DNA of 64,000 nucleotides. Origin: Veleropilina oligotropha. Its lineage: Eukaryota. The notes under the pieces were generated by a model. The model did no database searches. It had not been told where the DNA came from and worked only from the letters and a program-made list of their open reading frames with translations. Shown piece by piece: positions 1 through 9,109 of this stretch. The stretch covers positions 124,001 through 188,000 of the forward strand of contig JBEUKZ010000067.1 in the NCBI GenBank assembly GCA_048128005.1, given 5' to 3'. A program made the position numbers and the translations under genes. Position 1 is the first letter of the stretch. Every line of letters begins with the position of its first letter.

Positions 1-426
1 GTTATATTTTTGCGTCACTACCCATACGCTCTGTTCGGCATGCCTGCCGCTGAAGGCCAACACAGTCAGCATGTCCCGCCTCTTGGCAAGGGCCTTGCTG
101 GCGGCGCAGTCGTCGATGATGTAGAGGGTCGGTTCCCCCTGGAACAGCCGGTAGAACCCCCGCAACCAGTCATGGAGTCGCTCACCAGGGGGGATCAAAT
201 ACACCTCCGGGTCCGTCCAGATCCACGGACAGGCCTGGTATGCTTTGTTGTACTTGATCGTGGGGCACAGGATTACAATGTGCCGGAACACGCCTCGATA
301 CTCCCCTTTCAGCAGTTCCAGCATGAAAACCGTCTTCCCACAACCAGTCTGGCCGCATATGATTGCGGAGTGGGGGTCCTTGGTGTGCGGAAACCGTCTA
401 GTACAGTGCTGTGACAAAGCGTCCAT
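1..426 (-). CDS. A32/FtsK-HerA family genome packaging ATPase (3' end outside window)
   Basis: Hand translation from ATG 426 is open to base 1: MDALSQ...AIICGQTGCGKT (Walker A)...LYIIDD (Walker B)...FSGRHA (Arg finger)...WVVTQKYN (Q sensor). Absent from the ORF track because no stop lies in the window. Confidence 0.92.
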   Translation of the reverse strand, partial: MDALSQHCTRRFPHTKDPHSAIICGQTGCGKTVFMLELLKGEYRGVFRHIVILCPTIKYNKAYQACPWIWTDPEVYLIPPGERLHDWLRGFYRLFQGEPTLYIIDDCAASKALAKRRDMLTVLAFSGRHAEQSVWVVTQKYN

Positions 427-1702
427 CCTCGATGTTCAGCTGTGCATCCATGATCACGTACAGGTAAACATTAAATGGGCCGGCGGCTTCGCCTGTCTTA
501 GTTATCTGGATGGTGACGCCCTCGCTGGTGTTCGCTATCCTCCGGCCTGACCCATGCAGCTGATCGTCGTTGGTTACCCGCAGGTCAATCCAGAGTGCGT
601 ACTTTTTGGTCAAGAACTCGCCCAGGGTGACGTCTGCCAGAGCCAAATCCTTGGCCACCAGCGCCACCTCAGGATGCCGCTTGCTGCTCGGATTGGAGGC
701 GAACAGTTTTTTGGCTTCTTCCCACACCTGGTATGAACGCATGCCCTGGCTGTAGATTTGATTCGGGACTCCCTCAATGGTGACCTCGACCTTGGTGATT
801 TTCGGGTTGTAGAAGGCCTCGGTGTCCCTCGCGAATGGTTGGGCTTCTCTCGCGGGATCCTCAAACAGCAGTAGGATCCCTTTCATGGACCTCGCCGGTA
901 CGTTCAGGTTAAGATTCCACAGCGTGTCGCTCTTGTCCCGGGTGAGCTTACGATGCCGGAGCACACGGTCGTAGAGGATGACGAGGTGGCCCGAGTACTG
1001 GTTGCGAATCAGTCTGGCCAGTTCTACCTGGGTGACCACATCGTATTCCAGGCTGATATTGTCGATGCTGTAGCTGGAGCCGGGGTCGTCCGTATTCTTG
1101 ATCGACCGGGAGTAGTCGTTGAACGTGAGTTCATACTCGAGCCTGTCTCCCAGGGCGCTCTGATAGAACGGCATATGGCTTTCCAGCAACTCGAAATCCA
1201 ACGGGATGCGGAATCGAGGACCGTAAGCGTCCGATATGGCCACATCCTCAGACACTCTGAAGGCGTCGTCTGCGCCGATACGATGCTTCGTAGTATTTTG
1301 TCTGTTGCTGGTATCAATACCCTGGTACTGGGCGTTCTTGCGCTCCTGAGGCGTCTTCCACAGGTCGCAGTAGCAATGATACACGTCGGAGTCGTCTATA
1401 GACATAATCTCGTTGCCACTAATCTTGATCGCAGTCTTCTTGACCACGGCACGGCCAATATTCTGAACTACGGTCCTGTTTGGGTTAGCCGAGGTCAGTG
1501 AGATGGTAAATGCGAGGTGGGCAGTCCCTGGAACGATCACGTCATGAGTCCCAAGATTCGGGAACCGCACCAACAGCTGCTGGTTGGCGGCGATCGTGGA
1601 GGGGTTGTTCGTAATGGTGACCGACTGTCGGATACCCTTGACCCCGAGGGGCTCTCGCAGTCTGCGGTATGGATTGAGCGTGCGTCCGTACAGGCGGGTC
1701 AT
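398..1702 (-). CDS. Major capsid protein (double jelly-roll, Polinton/adintovirus-type), 434 aa, intact
   Basis: Size, beta-rich composition and position directly upstream of the A32 ATPase. The N-terminus LNPYRRLREPLGVKGIRQSV..NNPSTI..QQLLVRFPNL resembles capsids of invertebrate Polinton-like elements (recalled, not searched). Confidence 0.8.
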   Translation of the reverse strand: MTRLYGRTLNPYRRLREPLGVKGIRQSVTITNNPSTIAANQQLLVRFPNLGTHDVIVPGTAHLAFTISLTSANPNRTVVQNIGRAVVKKTAIKISGNEIMSIDDSDVYHCYCDLWKTPQERKNAQYQGIDTSNRQNTTKHRIGADDAFRVSEDVAISDAYGPRFRIPLDFELLESHMPFYQSALGDRLEYELTFNDYSRSIKNTDDPGSSYSIDNISLEYDVVTQVELARLIRNQYSGHLVILYDRVLRHRKLTRDKSDTLWNLNLNVPARSMKGILLLFEDPAREAQPFARDTEAFYNPKITKVEVTIEGVPNQIYSQGMRSYQVWEEAKKLFASNPSSKRHPEVALVAKDLALADVTLGEFLTKKYALWIDLRVTNDDQLHGSGRRIANTSEGVTIQITKTGEAAGPFNVYLYVIMDAQLNIEDGRFVTALY

Positions 1703-1753
1703 GTTGTTGTCGCTATGGCTGAATTAGATGCGTATCTAAGCATTTGTATTCAA

Positions 1754-3048
1754 ATGGCGGAATTCCCGAACCCCGCATTCGAGCCTGACGATCTCATCGA
1801 CAACGATGATACCATCATCGACGATACTGATGTGGATAGATCCACCGACCGGTTTATGCCGGCGCCACAGGAAGGAACCAGCGATCTGCAGCAAGAGCTC
1901 GTTCAGTCAGCGGTGGATGCCTACTACGAAGCCCTGTCGAAGGAGGGGCAGACCTCGGCCACGGGGCGTGATAATGCCCAGTTCGAGTACGTGGGTGGGC
2001 GATTGCGGCTGAAGGACCATCCAAACATCAATCTCATACATTCTATCACCAAGAAACCCATGATGTTCGCGACAATAGCTAACCAGCGTGGTGGGGGTAA
2101 AGCGATCAGGGAGGGTTTGGGATTCGTAGACTGGAAGCGGCCAGAGAGGCGGGGGGGGGGGGAGGGGGACAAAAGCTGCCCTCAAAAGCCGTCGCAGCTT
2201 TTCAGACAGCTGACAATGAGTTGAGCGGTGCGGCGGCCAACGTAGACAACGTGGAACTGCGGGACTTGGGGCAGACCGCTACAGGTGCGGCATCTGCAAT
2301 CCACACAATGGAGACGACGTTCACAGACGCCGAGGTTGATGAGATCTTGAGCACGATGGGGGGGGGGCGCGGGCTGGACAAGGCGATGCAGACCATTCGA
2401 GGCGAGCTCACGAACAACCTGGCCAAACTAACGGCGCTGGACGAACACATAGAGCTGGAGAAGAGGAAGCTCGATCAGGCAGATGAAGGGGGGTGTGTGG
2501 AGGAGTTCGTTCGTCGACGAATCGCGGAACGTCTTCGCAACTTATAGGATGAACGAGAAGCTCGCCTAGAGGCAGCCTCATCAAGCCGGGATGCCCTTCG
2601 CTCTCAAATCAGCCGGATCCGAGAGATGATAAGTCGGATTCTCCACTCAGACACAATGCTGGCCGAGCGCGTCCGGACCCTGTTCCGCGAGCAGGGGGTC
2701 ACGATCGTGACTATACTGACCGCGATTGGTATGGCCATCTCGACTTTGGTACTAGCCCTAACAGGCGGCGCGCCGAGCATACCACAACCACCACCACCTT
2801 CCAGTGGTCAAGGCATCAAGGAGTGGGTAAAAAAGAAACTGCGGACCCTGGGTCGGATTCTGGGCAAACTAGCAGGGAAGGTGGCTGCCACACTCCCAGG
2901 CATGATTGGAAGCCTGATTTCCTGGCTTATCAACCTGGTTGGCAAGACAGCGTCGTGGCTTGCTGAGAACCTGTGGGCTGTGATTATATCTGTGGGGGGC
3001 TTGCTTCTTATGGCCGCTAGCCAGTTTGGGGTGGTGCCAGCCAAATAA
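1754..3048 (+). pseudogene. Viral coiled-coil protein with C-terminal transmembrane and amphipathic helices (candidate membrane-penetration protein), disrupted
   Basis: ATG 1754 (MAEFPNPAFEPDD). Frameshift in the G-run at ~2152-2168 and in-frame TAG at 2545-2547, then the same frame runs to TAA 3048. Hydrophobic GVTIVTILTAIGMAISTLVLALTGG, amphipathic GIKEWVKKKLRTLGRILGKLAGK and terminal LWAVIISVGGLLLMAA. Confidence 0.7.
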
Positions 3049-4312
3049 ACGCTAGGCCAACGACAACGCCACCCACGATGAGTGCGGTTTTCTCCTCGTC
3101 ATGTGAGGCAGCCCCCGTGGCTGAAACAGCTGCCGCGGCCTCATCGTTTGGATGCTTCGGAGCATCTGCCCGTAAGACTGCGTCTTGTGGCATGACCAGT
3201 CCTGTCTCTCCAGTATCCCCAGTGGCGTCGGGTGGAACACTGGCCGCGCTGACGGTCGTATTAAGACCTAGTGTCTGGTCTTCCGTAGCAACGACAATTT
3301 CGTTGTTATACCCAGCCACCCGCCCTATTCGCAGGAGCATGTCACTTGGCGCCATGTACAGGCCAACGCCGAATACGAAGTCTACCTTGGACCTGGCATA
3401 CTGCAACACCTCCTGGTACCGTTTGATTGCTGCTGGGAGGTCCACTGGCGATGCGATGGCATCTTCCACGTTCACCAGGAACTGTTTCTGTGCGTCAAAT
3501 GCTGTACCGGTGCCGATAATACTTGCACGTGTCTGAGCCTGCGCTCCAAGAATAGCCCAGACGTAGGTCCTGATGGAATCATTGAGGCTTTCCACGCCGG
3601 CCCTCGTAAACCCCGCCGAGGTGTCCAGAATAAACGAAGCCCATCCGTCTGTAAGCGCAGGCGCTTGCGCGATGTAGTCCACATGCAGATTCGAGATGGT
3701 CGTACCTTTGGTGAAGGACATTCGGCTGGGATCATACTCACGACCTATGGAGTGGTAGCCATTGTTCGTCCAGTAGCTGAAAGCGGTGCCGAGCCCTTTA
3801 TTGGGACCCTCGACTCGCCAGTCGGTGTGTGGAGACACTCCGAATTCGCTGCAGATCTTCTCATATGCCCTTCGGTCATACGGGGTGTCGAATGCATCCC
3901 ACGTCGTGTCTTGAGGCAGCGGCGCCTGAATTTCGGACAAGATCCTTCTGACATGATAGTAGACGTGGAAGGTGAATACGGCTCTGGTCAGGGGGTCGGC
4001 TGCATTCAAGTGGTCTTCTGCAGATACCCCGGAACCCGTCGTAGCACACCACACTGCGAAGTTGACCTTGTTCTGCCACAACTGCATTGGTGTGCTGTGC
4101 CAGGCCTGGATTAGCCGGTCACTCGCGACATGTGGGAGGCGATACTTTTGAAAGACGTCGGGGTAGTGTGCCCCGAATGTCGGGTGGGGAGATTCGGACG
4201 AAGATATAACGACACTTGGTCTGGTAAGCTGCTCATCCTTTATCCGGGCTGGGTACACCACACCGGTCGGATAGGCCGCACTCCCATTAAACGCAAAGGC
4301 GCTCTTAGCCAT
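3017..4312 (-). CDS. Viral protein of unknown function with C-terminal membrane anchor (~431 aa)
   Basis: Long intact ORF with probable ATG at 4312 (MAKSAFAF). Ends EEKTALIVGGVVVGLAFIWLAPPQTG. Overlaps the plus-strand gene tail-to-tail by 32 nt. Confidence 0.8.
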   Translation of the reverse strand: MAKSAFAFNGSAAYPTGVVYPARIKDEQLTRPSVVISSSESPHPTFGAHYPDVFQKYRLPHVASDRLIQAWHSTPMQLWQNKVNFAVWCATTGSGVSAEDHLNAADPLTRAVFTFHVYYHVRRILSEIQAPLPQDTTWDAFDTPYDRRAYEKICSEFGVSPHTDWRVEGPNKGLGTAFSYWTNNGYHSIGREYDPSRMSFTKGTTISNLHVDYIAQAPALTDGWASFILDTSAGFTRAGVESLNDSIRTYVWAILGAQAQTRASIIGTGTAFDAQKQFLVNVEDAIASPVDLPAAIKRYQEVLQYARSKVDFVFGVGLYMAPSDMLLRIGRVAGYNNEIVVATEDQTLGLNTTVSAASVPPDATGDTGETGLVMPQDAVLRADAPKHPNDEAAAAVSATGAASHDEEKTALIVGGVVVGLAFIWLAPPQTG

Positions 4313-4316
4313 AGCT

Positions 4317-5037
4317 ATGTTCCACACCGTAACAAACGTTCAAACGGGGACCGCGGTTGCCCTCCTGCAGCCGATTGATAACCGGAAGGCAAGCTATGTG
4401 TCGGCTTGCGGTCGCTCGACTATTGGGTCGGTTGGCATAACGTACACGCAGGAGCCTTCTTCCAAACCCCCAATACCACCGTGGAGGTAGCACCGGGTTT
4501 CTACAGCTTCGATTCCCTCGCCAAGACAATGAAGAGGTCACTAGTTAACATACAGCTAGATGTAAGCCATGCTACGGGACTCGCGCGAGTCGTGGTCCCA
4601 GAGGGGACTCGACTCGCGATAAGCGACGATATACGGAAGCTCCTCGGCTTAAACCTTTCTTCGTTTATTCTCGATAAATCGGGGAATCCGCACCCACCCC
4701 TTCGAGGAGTACGGGGCCGACCTCCTCCGGAGAGATCCGAGTGGCTACGCCCCGGGACTTATGACGGGGACAAGCCGGTAGGGTTTGCCATTGCAGGCTT
4801 GACCCTACACGTTCACCTAGAGCAGCTCAGTACAACATACAATGTGAAGGACGGCGCCCCGAGCAATATTATCGCGGTGGTCCCTATAACGTCGCAGATG
4901 GTCGGTGAAGCTGCCCACTACCACAGTTATCCGGAATTTCGGCGACTACATAATTGAAGGTTTATGTCACAGATCCAGACGGTAACCCGATAGACAACCA
5001 CGGTATGCCCATTACCGCAGTCCTTGAGATACAATGA
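4317..5037 (+). pseudogene. Minor capsid protein (penton, single jelly-roll), two frameshifts
   Basis: Joined frames read MFHTVTNVQ..QPIDNR / GKLCVGLRSLDYWVGWHNV..VAPGFYS..LHVHLEQLS..SNIIAVVPI..PEFRRL / LKVYVTDPDGNPIDNHGMPITAVLEIQ*, a penton-like motif order. Shifts lie near 4385 and 4952. Confidence 0.72.
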
Positions 5038-5381
5038 GCAGCATCTACGGGACCCTGCTTGCAGATGAGCCTTCAGCGACCCAGTGGCACTCTGTTCTTA
5101 GTTGTGGGGAAGCGCCCAAGAAGGGGCTGGCGAGGAGGGAGTTCATGATTCCAAACACTGGAGGTCGGTTTGGGTTGAACCCAGCCCTTCTAATGATCCA
5201 CATGACGCCGGTCCAGCCGGCCGGGGGCGCCCCCAAAGCGTGTTCCATAAATAGCCTTGGCCTGGATTCGGACAAGTTGACCCTCGCCTTTACCATCAAG
5301 GCCCCCTGGGTGGGCACCCTGTATTTGAACGTAACGGTAGACATGTGGAATCAACAGGCGGAACAGTACAGCCACGTATGA
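5034..5381 (+). CDS. Small viral protein of unknown function, 115 aa
   Basis: Start overlaps the penton stop (ATGA 5034-5037) and its stop overlaps the next start (ATGA 5378-5381). Confidence 0.65.
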   Translation: MSSIYGTLLADEPSATQWHSVLSCGEAPKKGLARREFMIPNTGGRFGLNPALLMIHMTPVQPAGGAPKACSINSLGLDSDKLTLAFTIKAPWVGTLYLNVTVDMWNQQAEQYSHV

Positions 5382-6012
5382 TGGACAACAAACCCTCAGC
5401 GCCAACGCTGTACCCACAACTTGGTGGCGATGTGCGTTCGGAACTGCCGGAGGCACAGTCTTTCCGGCTACAGAAAGTGAATGAGCTTCAGGGACAGCTA
5501 GAACGAGAGAGGGACACAAGGGCTGCCCTGTACAAGAAGTACCGAAGAGGCGTTAATGTCGTTGACGGGATCGATTCGGCTCTGGTCGTTGCCACCCTTG
5601 GTATGGGTAGCGCCGGCATTGGTCTACTGTCCACAATCGTTGCGGCACCTGTTGTCCTAGTGTTGGAATTAGCGGCGTTGGGGTGTGGGCTCGCTAGCAT
5701 GGGTGGAAAATACATCAGCCGCCGCCTCCAAGTGAAGGCTAAGAAGCACAACGAGATTCGAGCACTGGCCGAAAGCAAGCTGAACACCATCAGCGACCAC
5801 GTCTCAAAGGCCTTATCGGACGGGGAGATGTCTGATGAAGAATTCAAACTGGTCACAGGGGAGATGGAAAAATATCGGACAATGAAGGCCACGGTTCGCC
5901 TCAAAAGTCTAAAGGCGCACACGCGGTTTCACAGACCCAAAGCGAGCTAATTGAGCGTGGACGTAAAGAGGGACGCGCAGAATTGCTGAAGAAAATCGGG
6001 GCTGGCGATTAA
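5378..6012 (+). CDS. Viral membrane protein: N-terminal PSAP/LYPxL motifs, coiled coil, hydrophobic hairpin; probable frameshift near the C-terminus
   Basis: MMDNKPSAPTLYPQL..FRLQKVNELQ..hydrophobic stretch..KKHNEIRALAESKLNTISDHVSKAL. The frame closes at 5950, but another frame continues ELIERGRKEGRAELLKKIGAGD* to 6012. Confidence 0.75.
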
Positions 6013-6089
6013 CCATTCAGGTTAATCATTACCACGACTCCCCCCCTCCCCCGTATTAAAGCTAGAACTCAGACAGTGATGCCACAACC

Positions 6090-7115
6090 ATGCAATCCAT
6101 GCTACTTCTGTGCATTGCCGCGGTGTCCTGGCTAGCGGGTGTCTCCCAGGCGTCGTCACACGACACCGCACTAATTCTCGAACATACGTGGGCTAGGTAC
6201 CGAAACCACCCCCTGTACAACATAAGGCATGACCACTTGCGGAGAAACTTGCTACGGGACCCACCTCCAGTTCCCCCACCATCGTGCCACTACTATGTTG
6301 TCGATGGAGAGAATGACTGTGGCCTCGGCCTGGGGCCTCTCTCGGCCACCCTCCTCTCGACCCTCTCTCGGCCCCGGGGCCACCCCCTTCTCGACCCTCT
6401 CGGCCCGGGGCCTCTCTCGGCCACCCTCCTCTCGACACTCTCTCGGCCCCGGGGCCTCTCTCGGCCACCCCCCTCTCGACCCTCTCTCGGCCCCGGGGCC
6501 TCTCTCGGCCCCGGGGCCTCTCTCGGCCACCCCCCTCTCGACCCTCTCTCGGCCCGGGGCCTCTCTCGGCCACCCTCTCGACCCTCTCTCGGCCCCGGGG
6601 CCACCCCCTTCTCGACCCTCTCTCGGCCCCGGGGCCACCCCCTTCTCGACCCTCTCTCGGCCCCGGGGCCTCTCTCGGCCACCCCCCTCTCGGCCCCGGG
6701 GCCTCTCTCGGCCACCCCCCTCTCGACCCTCTCTCGGCCCGGGGCCTCTCTCGGCCACCCTCCTCTCGACCCTCTCTCGGCCCCGGGGCCTCTCTCGGCC
6801 ACCCTCCTCTCGACCCTCTCTCGGCCCCGGGGCCTCTCTCGGCCACCCTCTTCACGACCCTCTCTTGGCCCCAGGGCCTCTCTCGGCCACCCTCCTCTCG
6901 ACCCGTGGCGCCACCTCTTCACGACCCTCTCTCGACATTTTCTGCCACGCGGCCAGCCTCAGAATTCGAAACGCAACACGCGAAAGCAAACTGAGGAGGT
7001 TGTTGTGGCATATGCAAGAGGGCCAGATCTTATAAATAATAAAGCAAGACAGTCCTTATATAGTCCGGTTCCCATGTCAGGCTTAGAGGGAGGTGTCTCG
7101 TCAGTTATGTCGTGA
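6090..7115 (+). CDS. Possible secreted protein (signal peptide) whose frame runs through the repeat array
   Basis: MQSMLLLCIAAVSWLAGVSQA looks like a signal peptide with an S-Q-A cleavage site. Only the first ~80 codons and the tail are non-repetitive. Confidence 0.4.
   Translation: MQSMLLLCIAAVSWLAGVSQASSHDTALILEHTWARYRNHPLYNIRHDHLRRNLLRDPPPVPPPSCHYYVVDGENDCGLGLGPLSATLLSTLSRPRGHPLLDPLGPGPLSATLLSTLSRPRGLSRPPPSRPSLGPGASLGPGASLGHPPLDPLSARGLSRPPSRPSLGPGATPFSTLSRPRGHPLLDPLSAPGPLSATPLSAPGPLSATPLSTLSRPGASLGHPPLDPLSAPGPLSATLLSTLSRPRGLSRPPSSRPSLGPRASLGHPPLDPWRHLFTTLSRHFLPRGQPQNSKRNTRKQTEEVVVAYARGPDLINNKARQSLYSPVPMSGLEGGVSSVMS
6325..6935. repeat. GC-rich modular minisatellite (CTCTCTCGG-CCCCGGGG / CTCTCGG-CCACCC / CTCTCGA-CC units)
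   Basis: Direct reading: shuffled short modules with a strong C/T strand skew. Confidence 0.95.
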
Positions 7116-7364
7116 ATATTAAATAACGACAGCTTTTAACATAGACTACGTTGATTAAAATGAAACCTACGCCACTATCGACATATTGTGGAGCCGACTA
7201 AATCCCGGATCATTAGTCCAGTCAACTGTCCAGTCAACTCTCCCTGATTATAAGGTTGCCATAACCAGTCAACTCTCCCTTTGATCTATTCACTGGGCAA
7301 TGTATTTCAATCGGGGGAATCCCCTTGATGTGACCCAGTTAGTCACTCCACAAACAATAGCCCC

Positions 7365-7456
7365 GAGTTTTATTTACATCCTGGTTGACGAGAAATTGTA
7401 TATGCCACAATGAGTTTTATTTACATCCTGGTTGACGAGAAATTGTATATGCCACA
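7365..7456. repeat. ~47-bp tandem duplication in the viral subterminal region
   Basis: GAGTTTT(T)ATTTACATCCTGGTTGACGAGAAATTGTATATGCCACA at 7365 and 7412. Confidence 0.9.
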
Positions 7457-7541
7457 CAATAAAGCTTCTCGAGAACGAGAACACTAGGTCAGCTCAGTCG
7501 TCGACGGGCTATTAATAGACGCGGGAGCCTCTGCGGCCTGT

Positions 7542-7856
7542 GGGAGCGTTATTTTTCCATTCTAAAAAGTCCAATCACCCCCCCCTGCTGCTGCTGGTTT
7601 TATGCCTAAAAAACAAGCTCTATTAGAGTCCCTATTCGCAGACCCTGCTGCTGCTTACTCCATACCCCTAAAAAAGCTCCATTTAGAGTGCATTCACCCC
7701 CCCTGCTGAGGTCTCTTCACTAACACACAGGAGCCCGGGCCGGCGAGGGTAGTGGGCCGTCCCTGGGGGCTCTATATAGTTAACGTTGTGTCGGAACAGG
7801 TGCTGGGAGCCTTATTTTCCCATTCTAAAAAGTGCATTCACCCCCCCTGCTGCTGG
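7542..7856. repeat. Dispersed subterminal repeats (GGGAGC.TTATTTT.CCATTCTAAAAAGT..CACCCCCCCTGCTG)
   Basis: Near-identical blocks at ~7542-7596 and ~7805-7856, plus partial copies at ~7640-7708. Confidence 0.75.
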
Positions 7857-8981
7857 CAGTCATCACGAGTTATCTGAAACGTGCCTCTACTACAGGCACC
7901 ATCCGAGACAGCCAACATCCGGCCGGCCATGTGACCAAGACGGTAAGAACGTTGTTTCGAATTTGCAACCATCGGACACATCTGCATTGCCCAGAGGAAA
8001 GAAAAAGCACCAGACCGCATCGAACATGGCACACATCAGCAACATCAACATGACTAAGGTCGGCTTTCCATGTACACGATATGCGTGCTTCCCAAACGAA
8101 AAAAAATAGCTCGCCAAATTAGCTCGTAACAAGCTAGTCACTAGGTGACCTTGTACAAATGATGCTTCATAATAAGAGATTGAAATAAACACTTGATGTA
8201 GGAGAAATAGAACAAAGGCTTGTAAGTCAAAATAAGTATATTAAATATCATATACAAATATATATTTTAGTTTTAATAACATTAACAAGTTTTAAAAATA
8301 TTTCTAAACATTGTCTAATAATACACTCATTCCATTTATTTTGAGTAATATAAAATATAACCAATGTTTGTATGAATGTGTTATCACAACATTTAATATT
8401 GAAAATTTAAGGGACATCAAATAATGCAATAAAATTTAAAGCATTGATGTTATATTCATAGCAAATTATAAAATATTAACATATCACAACAGAAAAAGTA
8501 ATACTGATTAATAAATATGATTAAAAATATTTTAAAATCATACTATGACAGCATGTTTATGGTGATCGTATCAATGCTAAAGATGTGTGCGTTAGATCAA
8601 TAAAACTTTAAACTCTATTATCTTTAACTTATAGCTTGTATTAATTTCTTATAATTTTCTTCCCATGAGATATATTCTTTATTCTGTAATGAACATTATT
8701 ACATTAATAAAGAATTACAAAATGTACAGATTGAAAACATTATTCTAACATTTGGACAAGCTAAATAAGTTAAGTATCCCAATTTGTTTCTAATCCCCAA
8801 ACATATAAAATTGTTATCTGAAATTGCAGCTATAATATCTTAATAATAAAAATTCTGTTGAGAAATAGTATAAAATTGTTAAGATTTACAACAAAGTATC
8901 AAACATATGATAAAAAATATTGCAAGCATTTTCTTAATAAAAGTTTTCAATTAACAATACTTTGCTATATATATATATTAT

Positions 8982-9109
8982 CTATTCTACTATCACATCA
9001 TGACCTCTAGGCAGCATTTCATCTATATCCGCTACAACGTAGGAGATGGCGGCCCACACGGCAGCGCATAAATCTAACACATGACGATTTTCTACTGTCA
9101 TAGTGTCAC
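8982..9109 (-). CDS. CPQ: CPQ last coding exon ([33 protein letters not shown])
   Basis: Typical CPQ C-terminus, TAG at 8984-8982. Confidence 0.95.

Larger units (their letters stand above)
1..7890. mobile_element. Endogenous Polinton/adintovirus-like dsDNA virus, right-hand part (morphogenesis module plus subterminal repeats); continues past the window start
   Basis: GC-rich, intronless, tightly packed or overlapping ORFs including a packaging ATPase, major capsid and minor capsid. DNA switches to AT-rich host sequence at ~7.9-8.2 kb. Right boundary is approximate. No pPolB or integrase lies inside the window. Confidence 0.85.

Noticed and set aside
10..414. 134-aa plus-strand ORF
   Set aside because: It is the antisense shadow of the packaging ATPase on the minus strand.
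6193..7035. Several long overlapping ORFs on both strands
   Set aside because: They are products of a stop-poor GC-rich minisatellite.
7880..8110. Faint resemblance to an RTE-type LINE C-terminus (AGHV..RPHRTW)
   Set aside because: Too degenerate to support by eye.
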